The notes below the pieces were generated by a model. It had not been told where the DNA came from, ran no database searches, and worked only from the letters and a program-made list of their open reading frames with translations. From NCBI RefSeq assembly GCF_009914755.1, contig NC_060929.1: a DNA stretch of 64,000 nucleotides. One strand, given 5' to 3'. This DNA is from the human T2T-CHM13v2.0 reference genome, Homo sapiens. The translations under genes and the position numbers were made by a program. Shown in pieces: positions 29,015 to 43,200 of the stretch (its first letter is position 1; each line of letters begins with the position of its first letter).

Positions 29015-29500
29015 AGAGTTTAGTGGCTCAAAACAACCATTTTATTTTGTGCATGGCTTTTTGGAGATCAAGAATTTAGAAAGGGTTCAGCTGTGCAGTT
29101 CTTGGTTGGAGGCTCTTCTGTGGTTGCAGTGAGACAGATGTCAGTTGGGGCTGGCGACTCGTGGAGGCTCCATGGAGCTGAGTGTCCAAGATGGCTTCCT
29201 CATGAGAACAATTGTTGCAGCCAGGATGGAGCTCAGCTGGGCTGGGAACTGAATGCCTACACGTGGCTTCCCCAGCATGAGAAGCTCAGGGTGCATGGAC
29301 TTCTTAGTCAATAGCTCTGAGGTCCAAGCACTGCATTTCAGCACAAAGGGGGAAGCTGCATCACCTTTTCTGGACCTAGCCTCAGAAGCCATGCAGTGTC
29401 ACTTTTCTGCATTCTGTTGATCACAGGGATTCTCAGAGTCAAGGACGGGGACACAGACTGCACCTCTGAACAAGAGAAATGTCAAGTAATTTGCAGCCAC
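29015..29500 (-). mobile_element. MLT1 (G/H/I-like) LTR
   Basis: agtggctcaaaacaaccatttta...tccaagatggcttcctca...gacctagcctcagaagccatgcagtgtcacttt. Confidence 0.7.
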
Positions 29501-30399
29501 AATCATTTTCTATTGTTCTTCGAATATGTTCCCATCACTTCAACATTTTTTTTTTTTGCCTTTAGGAATGTGCTTCTCTGTCTGGAATGTCCTTTTTTTC
29601 TTCTATCTCCCAAGCATTACTCACCCTATGAGACACACACCCCCTGCAAAGCTTCCCTCTCCCCACCACATAGTAGCATTGGTCCCTTTCTCTGCAACAC
29701 CACATTCCAAAAGTACCTTTATAATTATAAAAACTTTGTGCCTCTGTCTCTATCAGCAGGCTATGAACTCCTTGAAGGCAAAAACCAAGTCTTACCTCCC
29801 TGCTTCACACATTAACCGTCTCTTATAGGCTAATTGTGTCATGTTTGCCTCATGGCAGATTTAGATTATACAGCCAGAGAGTTTCCAAATGTTGAAGTGT
29901 TATTCAAACAAAGGTCGTCATTATCCATAAGTAAGCCTTTTACTGAAAGAATGTAATAACTTCTTGTGATAGCTTTGCACCTGACAAATTCTAAATGGAT
30001 ACTCCATTTAACTGTTTAAAAAAAAGTTTAAGATTTTTTTTTTTACTTTCTTTCTCTGGCTTAAATAAGAGTGACGTCTAGTTGTTTGTTCTTTATCTGT
30101 TATTTAGATCACTGTTCCCCAGGTTTTATCAACCAGTCGCCTCTCCACAAGCCTATTGTATCAGGTCAATCCTTCTCTACTTTCTTCATAGTTTTGTACC
30201 TAACTCTTTGTAACACCTGATTTTCGTGGATCTAATTCTCCTATACACCTGTGTGTGTGTATCCCACATGCACATATGTTTTCTAAATGCCAATAAATAA
30301 GTAGTAATACATTTGAAACATTGTTATATGAAACACATACAAGAAACTTGAACAGAAAAAGCACAAATGAAATGTGTTCAATCTCACCAGTAGTCTTAA

Positions 30400-31370
30400 A
30401 AGTGATCATGAATACTGCAACCAAAAACATTTCACACTTGTATGATAGGCAGAAATATTTAAAAGACTTAGAATTTGAAGAAATAAGATATTTTACATGT
30501 TGATGGTATGAAATGATACAATTCTTCGGGGAAGAATTGATACATTTCTTTGGGGAACTATTTGCCAACATATAAAGTTAATGAAGCTGAGACTATTTAT
30601 ACCCTATAACCCTGCAATGCCATTTCTTGGAATACAAAGTTATTTCCATATGTTCATCCTCTGATGGGTGGACAAATAATTTGTGACAAATATTTATAAA
30701 ATGGAATGTTATACTGCATTAAAAATAACCAAAACTGTAGGGATCAATATAGATGAATCTGGAAAAAAATCACATTGAGGGGGAAAAAGCAAACTACAGG
30801 AAAACTACTATATGACAATATTTACATAAAATTTCAAAAACAAGTGAGGAAATCCTAAAAATACTTAAGCTAACATAAATTTGTAGTAAAAGCATATATA
30901 CCTGACAAAAATGATAAATGCCAAAATTAGATTTGTAGTTACTTTTGCAAGTCAGAGAAGAGATTCAACGGGATTGGTCATGACATTTGTTCTTAAATGG
31001 TGGTGGATACCTCATGTTTGTTATACAGCTCTTGGTATCTTTTTGTATGTCCAGAATAATTGTATTTGTAATAATAAATTTTAAAGAGAAAAAGCTTATA
31101 CTATCATTGAAAGATGTTTAAAATATAAGCATACTTGTATACTTATAAACTTATATACTTATATACATAAAATATATACTAACACACACATGCACCACCC
31201 ATTAAAAAAACTCAATGATCATGAAAACATACCTGCAAAGTAAAAGAGTGGAAAGAGATACAAGAAAATGTTATGGTAGTTGTAGCAGCTGGTTTGGAAT
31301 TATGATTGCTTTTAGTTTTTTATTTGTGTTTTCTGCTCCATTTTCCCTAGTGAACATAATTAGCTCTTAA
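30400..31370 (+). mobile_element. Ancient L1ME-type 3' fragments
   Basis: ataaccctgcaatgccatttcttggaat, aatggaatgttatactgca, gatgaatctggaaaa; boundaries approximate. Confidence 0.6.
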
Positions 31371-33039
31371 TGAATCCGAATTAATATTTTCTAATGTCAT
31401 GTTTGTAATAAATACTGACAATCAGTCCACTTGTCCTGATGTGTCTTTAAGAGGCAAATAGACTCAGAAAAATACTCAGAGCTGCGTCTCTGTATACAAT
31501 ACCATTTGACCTAGTTGAGAAAACAATTTTAAAACAGGACAATATCCCAATCTTTTGTAAGCTTACCAATTAAAAACAGATGACAAAAAAGTGAAATAGG
31601 CCTATAAATTGAGCATAAAAAATTGCATTTGAATTTCGGTGCTCTTTGACATTTAGACATAAGGCTGGTCTCCACTCTGTCTTTTGATTCTGGAGAAAAG
31701 CTAATGTCTTTAACAAGAGTGTGAAATAGCTGTCCAAACATGTCATTCTTGCCACTGCCTTTATTCACACCAAATGTTCTACTTTCTCTTTCAAATGAGG
31801 AAAAGATAGCACTGCAACCTTCCCCCAACTATAGGAAATGGATATAATTGAAGCATGATTTGTGTTGGGTCATGTTTTTCACTCACCTCCTTAGTGAAGA
31901 TGCCTCCCCGCCTGAGAGGAGCCAGCTCCGTGTGGGTGTTCAGTGCTTCCAAAACTTGCTATCCAGCCCACCTTGTGATATAACAGAAATAACCAAAATG
32001 GAGCAAGTTTTCCTGCAGGATTTCACTTCTACCAAAAAGAAAAAAGAATAACAGCTCTCCCAGGTTACATAAAGGACTCCAAAGGGTTCTGGAAATACAG
32101 GAATGGTTGGTAATCTGGTGGGTCATTTTACAAATACCTTAGGAGGAATTGATCATCATAGAATCCTCACCACCTGAATTGGGAGCCTTGGTGAACACGT
32201 GCTTAAAAATGTAACACCTGAATTTTATTTGGTGCTCCCCTGTGCTCTATATTGAGTTAAATACTTTACATTCAATGTCTCAATGAATCTTCCTGGCAAC
32301 TTTATTAGGAAGGTTTCATTTTATTAGTTCCCATGTTACAGATGGGAAAATTGAAGCTCAGAGAGAAGTTTAGTGGTTTGTAAAGGCCATGAAAGTAGTA
32401 AATGATGGAGCTGGGATTTGGATCCAGGTAGCCTGTCTGATGCCTGAACCTCTCTGCACCTGTCTTTGGAATCATTCAGTGATCAGTGCTTTCACCTATA
32501 TCATCCCTATTACTGCTCCTATAGCCATTACTGGTGGATATGGTAATCTCTGTTTACTGATGAAGTAGCTGAGTCTCTGAGAGATCAAATCACTTGCTCC
32601 CCAAAACCAGAGCTATCTAGCTTCAAAATCAATGTATTTAGCAGTAGGCCACATTCTTTTTCATAGACCCACAGCCAGGACAGAGTGATTCCAAGTCTCT
32701 TCTTCCCTCTGTTTCTCCATCTGCAAAAAAAAAAAAAAAAAAAAAGAGAGAGAATCATATTTTCTCTGTTGAAAACTGCAACAGTTTGTGTGAAGAACCA
32801 AAGAGATTCAATGTCAAAGAACTTTGAAAAGTATGAAGACATAAGGGATTCATATTTACACCCATATTTCAGCTAAGTTTCCTTATCTGGCATCAACAAT
32901 TAGAAAACGCCAAGTCTCTCCCACTCGTGCTGATAAGGCTGTGACTAATAATGTATTCCCTACTTTCCTTTATAGCAGGACTCAGATCATTGTTTGTATC
33001 CAGCCTTTTCCCAGACAGCCCTGTACTTTAAGACTGATA

Positions 33040-33320
33040 CACCTGTAACCCCAGCAGCTTGGGAGGCCGAGGTGGGCAGATCACCTCAGGTCGGAAGTTT
33101 GAGACCAGCCTGACCAACATGGAGAAACCCCGTTTCCTCTAAAAATACAAAATTAGCTGGGTGTGGTGGCCCATGCCTATAATCCCAGCTATTTGGGAGG
33201 CTGAGGCAAGAGAATTGCTTGAACCCAAGAGGCGGAGGTTGTGGTGAGCCAAGATTGCGCCATTGCACTCCAGTCAGGGGAACAAGAGTGAAACTCCATC
33301 TCAAAAAAAAAAAAAAAAAA
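33040..33320 (+). mobile_element. AluSp, 5'-truncated by about 19 nt
   Basis: Sp diagnostics ggtcgg, ctgaccaacatggagaaa, aacaagagtgaaactcc; poly-A. Confidence 0.95.
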
Positions 33321-33322
33321 AT

Positions 33323-33681
33323 TGATATGGTTTGGCTGTGTCCCCACCCAAATCTCATCTTGAATTGTAGCTCCCATAATCCCCACATGCCATGGGAGAG
33401 ACTCAGTGGGAGGTAATTGAATCATGGGGGCAGGTTTTCCCATGCTGTTCTCATAATAGTGAATAAGTCTCATGAGATCTGATGGTTTTATACAGGGAAG
33501 TTCCCCTACACATGAGCTCTTGCCTGCTGCCATGTAAGATGGGTCTTGCTTCCGCTTTGCCTTCTGCCATGATTATGAGGCCTCCCCAGCCAGGTGGAAC
33601 CGTGAGTCCATTAAACCTCTTTTTCTTTATAAATTACCCAGTCTTGGGTATGTCTTTATTAGCAGCATGAAAACAAATACA
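33323..33681 (+). mobile_element. THE1B/C solo LTR
   Basis: tgatatggtttggctgtgtccccacccaaatctcatcttgaattgtagctcccataat...aataca. Confidence 0.95.
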
Positions 33682-33978
33682 AGATTAAGCTGCCTTCATC
33701 CCCAGGTTCAAGGGTGGACACTGACAGGTCTAAGTTAATCAAAGTAATCTCAGTCCCCTGAATATAGTGATTCTTTCAGTTAACTTTGACTTAAGACAAG
33801 CAGCCCATGTATTCCCCTAACTAGGAGATTGAATTGAATTTGGACCAATTAGGTGCGTATTGATTATATGCTATGTAGCTGAGAAGCCTGAAACCATAAT
33901 AGCTATTGTCCACTGCAAGGGAGGGTGGTCATAGGACAACACTGATGATATCAAAAGTAATAAAAACTTAAAAAAATG

Positions 33979-34275
33979 GGCTGGGCACAGTGGCTTACAC
34001 CTGTAATCCCAGCACTTTGGGAGGCTAAGGCAGGCAGATCACCTGAGGTCAGGAGTTCAAGACCAGCCTGGCCAACATGGTGAAACCCCATCTCTACTAA
34101 AATTAGAGACTATAAAAATTAGCCAGGCATGGTGGTGTGCGCTATATTTCCAGCTACTCAGGAGGCTGAGACAGGAGAATCGCTTGAACCTGGGAGGAGG
34201 AGGTTGCAGTGAGCCTAGATCAAACCATTGCATTCCAGCCTGGACAACAGAGCAAGACTCCGTCTCAAAAAAAAT
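33979..34275 (+). mobile_element. AluSx
   Basis: cacctgaggtcaggagttcaagaccagcctggccaacatggtg; TSD aaaaaaatg; almost no residual poly-A. Confidence 0.95.
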
Positions 34276-35144
34276 GTTATTTATATTATTATGCTCAAGT
34301 TTTTGACAGTTTCTGTCCAACATCTGATGATCCTCCACCCTTCTTGAAGGTGATTATTTTTAGGACATCCTCATTTAAACTTGCATATTTAATCTCTGTC
34401 TCATCCCTAAGTCATTAATATTATTGCATCCAATTACTTTATATGAAAAGGCAATCTAATCTTCGCCTCGTTGTCTCATTTCCTAAAGCACTAAAACTTC
34501 ATGTTGACTTTTGGGGCACGCGGGGAGAGATGTTTCCTAGTACTGCATTTTACAAATTAATGTTTGTTAGGCATAATTCCTTGAAATGGACTTGTGCTCT
34601 CTGGGATTCATCTTACTTTGTAAGTCGGAAGCACCTTTTCCTTCACTGAGAAGTGCCACTGACTGTTTAAGACTCTACTTTTTACATGTAAAGCAAGAAA
34701 TATTAGTAAAATAAGGTAAATAACTTACTTTTTAGTATTAAAATGCTGTTGTCAAAGAATTGTATGCCAATGCTCAAAAAATAGATGTTTCTTACATCTC
34801 CTTAAAAGAGGAGTTTTGAAATAGAAAACAGATAAATGGGAATGTTTTATTCCACCCCAGAGCTGACTTCGTATAAGGACTTCGGGTTTCTGCATTTGCC
34901 TCCCAACCCCAAATTTTATATTTTTGGTGGCCAATTTCTTGTGGTCTGGAAGAAGCTAATTTACATTAACTAGCTCCCAGCAATTGCCTGTCCTTAAAGG
35001 CTCTCAAATCCACTTCTTCTTTTGCCCATCACAACAGACACTGCCCAGATTCAGGGCCCCATCACTTCCACCTTGCTGACCACAATAGACTTCTCACCAT
35101 TGTTTCTCACTCCTGTTTCTCGTCCAGTGTCTGCACCTTGTTGC

Positions 35145-37701
<2,557 letters not shown>

Positions 37702-37907
37702 AAAGCGAATCTGATAATCACATCACTCTGCTATGTAAAGCCTCTCTGGCTGTCTATTATCCTTGATAACATTCCAACACCACAGCCCTTTATGATCTGG
37801 CCCTGACCTGTGGACAGACACATGTGCAGTCACTTCTGTCACCATCTCTGCTCTGTTACACTTGCTCATTGCAGCTACAATATCAGGTCATACCTTCTGA
37901 CTAATAG

Positions 37908-38244
<337 letters not shown>

Positions 38245-38559
38245 GACAATTTTTTTTTTTTAATTTTTAAGTTTAAAGAAAAACTTTTAGAAAAATGAGA
38301 GGTTTTCTTCTATATATTTTACTAAGTTTTGCTCCCCTCACATATAGCACTTTCAAGTCCCTGGCATTGTTTAAGTATAGTGCAAAGTAGGAATCTAACT
38401 TTATTGTCTTTATTGTGAATACCTAGTTGACTTAGCACTTACACAACAAATATTCTTAAGGTGGTCATTGTCAATTTTTGGAATATTAGCTAAAACATCT
38501 TAGAAATGTCTTTTCAGGGGAGGCAAAGCTCTTTAAAATTTGATGCCACCCAGTTTTTC

Positions 38560-39140
38560 AGTGCAGAAAAAATTTCCTAAACACGATACAAAGAACACAG
38601 TTCAAAAACAAAAAAGAGAGTCAGCATATTAAACTACATCAACAGGTTCAATTAGCAAAATGAAAAGAGCTATAGACTAGAAGTATACATTTATCACCCA
38701 TTTATTTGACAAAGGACTAGTATCTAGGACATATAAGGAATTTTTATAAATCAATAAAAAGAATAAACAAAAAACCCCAACACAACAGAAACATGGGAAA
38801 CGTTTTTGAACAGGCCAGTTGCGGAAGAGAAAACCAGGTAAACTTGTTTAAAAAATGCTAAATTTCTTAGCAATCAGGATACTCATGTTAAAAAACATGA
38901 TCAAAATGCAGTATGCACATAAAAGGGTTAAAAGGGTACATACACATCTGATATTATGCCTTTTTTTTTTTTTACCATAATGATAAAACACACACACGCT
39001 GAAAAGCAGTATCACACTCACCAGAATGGCAAAGACTAGAAGTCCGTGGGTACCAAATATTTTCAAGGACAAGAGCAGGTCCTTCATGTACCCATCATGC
39101 ACTGCTAATAGGAATGTACATTAGTACAGCTGCCTTGGTA
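38560..39140 (+). mobile_element. Ancient L1M ORF2 remnant
   Basis: ttgacaaaggactagtatctaggacatataagg, cacactcaccagaatggcaaag, gctaataggaatgtacattagtacag. Confidence 0.65.
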
Positions 39141-40021
39141 CAGTACACATTTGTTTTGTTTAATGGACAATTTTGGGGGCCTTGAGGCTTTGAATATGGG
39201 TTATGGTTTTTTAATCTGGAGCAAGATCTCAGATTACAGAGTGAATAACACATGGGATTCAAATGGCTGTATTCAGAGATAAAGCAGAGGGCCAGAAAAG
39301 CATCAATCCCCCAGGACCAAGCGTAGGCCAGGAGGTCTGGATATGTGGACAGAGGAACAGAGCAGAAAGGGTCACAACAAAGGAGGAGAGAATCACCAAG
39401 GCTCTCTTCAGCCTGACTGTAGCACTCCATAAAAGTGTCTGCAGCCTCCCCTGGGGGTGGGAGGTAATAAGGATACTGAGTCAATTTCAAGCAATCAGCA
39501 AATCCCTTTAAACTAGATCCAGAATTTATATACCTCCATGTTGAAGAAGGAAGAGTCAGTATTCTCCAAGGTCTCACAGCCAGAAAGCTGTGCTACCAGG
39601 ATTCACAGCTATGCTTCGCTTTCAGCTTCAATACTGGTCATTTTGTTTCAAAAACTAATCCTGCCTATTATTCCTCTTCTCTTTCAGAATGAATAAGAAA
39701 ATTAACCATCCAATAGGCATTGAGTGGAATCTTGGTTATAAGACTGTGAAAAATAAATATAGCTCAAGACACTGTCTGTTTTAGTCTCAAGGCTCTTGAC
39801 TTATGAAGTGGCTGGGCACTATTTATTTAAACATCAATATGTTTTGTTTCATGATTTCTCTCTCCCTTCCATGAAGATAGCCAGGCCCTTTGTGTTTCCT
39901 TTTCCTAGGAATTTTTGCAAAGGTAAAGTAGAGGTCGCTGAGGACAGCTCTCCTCTATTCCCTCCCTCCCCATTCTCTCTTCTTCCTTCTTTCTCCTTTG
40001 AGTGAAAATTTGGGCTTTTAT

Positions 40022-40075
40022 CGTATTAGTCTGTTCTCATGCTGCTAATAAAGACATACCCCAAACTGGGTTATT
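40022..40075 (-). mobile_element. THE1 LTR terminal fragment (about 54 bp)
   Basis: gtattagtctgttctcatgctgctaataaagacataccc, reverse complement of the THE1 3' end seen at 33640-33681. Confidence 0.9.
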
Positions 40076-40215
40076 TTATTTTGTTTTTGAGACAGAGTCT
40101 TGCTTTGTCACCCAGGCTGGAGTGCAGCGGCACGATTTTGGCTCACTGTAACTTCTGCCTCCTGGTTCAAGTGATTCTCCCACCTCAGCCTCCCAAGTAG
40201 TTGGGACTACTACAG
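40073..40215 (-). mobile_element. AluS right arm only
   Basis: tttgagacagagtcttgctttgtcacccaggctgg...cccaagtagttgggactac, then abrupt loss of homology. Confidence 0.92.
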
Positions 40216-40980
40216 CCAGAGAAAGGCTATCGTCTCTAATACATCTTTGCTGCTGTTGATCAAAGGCTTCCTGACTCGGAGACATACCTGGAGAAACAGG
40301 GGCCTAGACTCCCAACACAGGCAAGGGTCCTTCAGGCAAGAAACACAGCAGCAGGTGCTTGATCTCAGGAGACCAGACAGGCTTGGACAATGGACATCCC
40401 TCGGTACCCAGTGTGGACAGAGGCTCCCAGAACAGGCACCTTCTGGACTCTTTGGCACCTTTGTAATTGGGGTGGGGAGAGTTGGGGGGGCGGAGCTTCA
40501 ATAATGACAGAGTACACTTCTCATCAATCTGGCAGGATGGGAACTTAGTCACAGTTTGATTTATGAACAACAAATGTAACATTTCTTGCACCCCCTTGTT
40601 CGTACCGTGTTAAGACTCGTACCGACTTTTACACTAGAAGTGGTAGATTGTGAGAGTCGAAGTAATCCCTAAAACTTGCCCAGCCTCATCATTTCATTGT
40701 CAAAATCAATCTGATGCCGCAAGCGGAGTGATTCCGAAGGTTGGAGGGTCACTAATGCAGGAACACACAGTAAGCAAGTATCCTGGCATTTTATCCAGCA
40801 ATGTCTCCACGGCTCACGTTGCTGGTTGAAAAAGAATAGTGTCCTGAAAAGCTGGGGAATCTCAAGGCATTTTAAAATGAAAAACAAGATAAAACAAAAC
40901 AACGATAGAAATGAAGCTATGAAGGCGCGGCCAAGTAACGCTCAGAGCTGTTGATTTCAGAATCAAACTCTGACTTAGAC

Positions 40981-40994
40981 TGCCCCCTGGTGGA
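40981..40994 (-). promoter_or_regulatory. CTCF binding motif
   Basis: tgccccctggtgga reads CCACCAGGGGGCA on the minus strand, a near-consensus core, within a CpG-retaining patch. Confidence 0.7.
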
Positions 40995-41159
40995 TAGAAA
41001 TAAAAGTGTCTCTGCTCTGCAAAGGGAGCTCGTAACAGATGAAAGAAATGCGAAAATCCTTCTGTTCAAATTCAGGTCATCCTTTAGAGGCTTTAAACCC
41101 TTTAATTAATATGACGCTATGACTGCTATCACAAGGAAATGGTAAAGTGTAGATGTTAA

Positions 41160-41370
41160 CATGGGCTTTTAACAAAACTGCAGGTTAGGTCCCAGCTCTG
41201 GAACTCTGAAGTTACCCCCATCTCTCTGAGACTCATTTTCCCCCACTGTAAAATGGGCACAATAATAAGACGTTCCTTATAGGGTTGTTTTGAGGACTAA
41301 AGAAAAAAAATCTATGTAAGAGTCCTTAGAAAAGTGCTGGGTGTGTAAGAGCTCAATATAGAAACTCTTC
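41160..41370 (+). mobile_element. MIR SINE
   Basis: cccagctctg...ctctctgagactcattttcc...ctgtaaaatgggcacaataata...agggttgttttgagga. Confidence 0.75.
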
Positions 41371-41561
41371 TTCTTCTCATTGTTGCCATTTATTGCCATC
41401 GTGATAACTTTGTGAAAAATACTAATATGCACATGAAGTCTTCATAATTGGGAAAATTATCAAGGAACATGATGATGTGCATTTTCCGTATATTCTATTA
41501 CTTCTGTAAGAAGTTTCTGTATATTTACCTTAATGTTTTCTGCATATTTACAGAAAGTTTA

Positions 41562-42134
41562 CAGTTATGTCACCTAACAACAGGGATATGTTTAAAGAAA
41601 TGTGTCTTTAGGAGATTTCAACACTGTATGAATATCCTAGAATGTGCTTACACAAACCTAAATGGCATAGCTTACTACACACCCAGACTATCTGATATTG
41701 CCTATTGCTCCTGGGCTTCAAACCTATAGCAGGGGTGTCCAACCATTTGGCTTCCCTGGGCCACACCAGAAAAAGAAGAATTGTCTTGGGCCACACATAA
41801 AATACACTAACAATAGATAAAAAGATTTTAAAAATCACAAAAAAAAACCTCATAATGTTTTAAGAAAGTTTATGAATTTGTGTTGGGCCGCATTCAGAAC
41901 TGTTCTGGGCTGCAGGCAGCCCATGGGCCACGGGTTGGACCAGCTTGTTAAGCAGCGTGTTACTGCATTGAATACCATGGGCAATTGTAACACGATGGGT
42001 TTGTGTGGCTAAATATACCTAAACATAGAAAAGGTGCAGCAAAAATACAGTATTATAATCTTATGGGAACCTTCTTGTATATGGGTTATATATTTTTGTC
42101 ATTGACTAAACTGTCATTATGCAGTGCATGGCTG
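41562..42134. mobile_element. Tigger3a-like DNA transposon interrupted by MER30
   Basis: TA then cagttatg...catggctg termini; cttacacaaacctaaatggcatagcttactacacac; aaacatagaaaaggtgcag. Confidence 0.85.
41730..41947. mobile_element. MER30 hAT MITE
   Basis: caggggtgtccaa...gggttggaccagcttg termini; ttgtcttgggccacacataaaatacactaac. Confidence 0.92.
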
Positions 42135-42409
42135 TGTACCATTTCTGTATATTTAACTTGGCTTTCTGTATATTTACCTAAATGTTCATTCTCCACTTAT
42201 AAAAACACCCTAAAAATTCTCTTACTATTGATTTTTACTTCTGTCCTTTTTTCATTCAATAAGAGTGGAATAAAAACTGAAACAGAAGTGTCAACTTGTT
42301 TTAGGCCTTATTTGTAAGGAGAGAATGACTAATTTAAAGACTATCCAGAAAACCACCACTTATGCTGCAGCATCTGTTGTATAGAGGCATTAATAAGCCT
42401 TTGTCTTCA

Positions 42410-42850
42410 TGTCAGTTAGCTATTATTGTGTAAAAGCCAACTCACAAGTTAGTGGCTTAGAACAATAATGACTTCTTACTTGTCCTGATTCCAGGGGTTG
42501 CTTATTAATTCCTCTGGTCCATCGATCTCAGATGGCCTTGCTTGCATAGCTGGGCCCTCCCTCCACATGGTCACTCATCCTCCAATAGGCTACTTTGGGC
42601 TTATCATATGGTGGCCAAGAATTTCCACCAGCAAGACAGGGCAGCAGGCCCCAACCCCCAAGCACTTGATTACTACACATTTGCCAATACCCCATTAGCC
42701 AAGGCAAGTTACATGGCCAAGCCCAGGTTCACAGGATGGAGAGATGGGCCCCCATCTTGTTTGGAGGAGCAGCAAAATCATATTGCAAAGGAGGGTGCAT
42801 GCAAGCATAGGGGAAATTAGTGGCAATTTTTATTTTTGCAAACTACCACA
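42410..42850 (-). mobile_element. MLT1 (I/J-like) LTR
   Basis: tgtcagttagctatt...agtggcttagaacaa...ccaaggcaagttacatggccaagccc...ctaccaca. Confidence 0.75.
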
Positions 42851-43069
42851 CTTCCTGAGTTTCAGGCTCTGATAAAACACGGGGGATATGAGCCAGACAA
42901 TAACAACAAAAGCCTAAATAATAGCAGCTGACATCCATGGAGTGCTTTCCATGAGTCTCATGCTTCATGCCTATGTGAACCAGGCTACTACTGAAGGCCA
43001 GAGAAGATTTTTAAGAAGGAGGCTATGGCAACATGTAGTTCACATACTCATTTTGCTGCTCAGCTCCAC

Positions 43070-43200
43070 TCAGTTGCTGTCATGTGGGTATGAGGCTCAA
43101 GGTTGGTAGATACTCAGATTTTTCAGGAGATGGTGAAACCTGGATTGTTATATAAAATCTGCTGATATTTAAATGTTGACAACTCATTCCCTTTTGTAAC
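43070..43200. mobile_element. MER102-like hAT fragment
   Basis: gctgtcatgtggg...cagatttttcaggaga...cctggattgttatataaaatct...aaatgttgacaactcatt. Confidence 0.55.

Noticed and set aside
39095-39577. 160-aa minus-strand ORF
   Set aside because: Non-ATG start, overlaps degenerate repeat-like DNA, no recognisable domain
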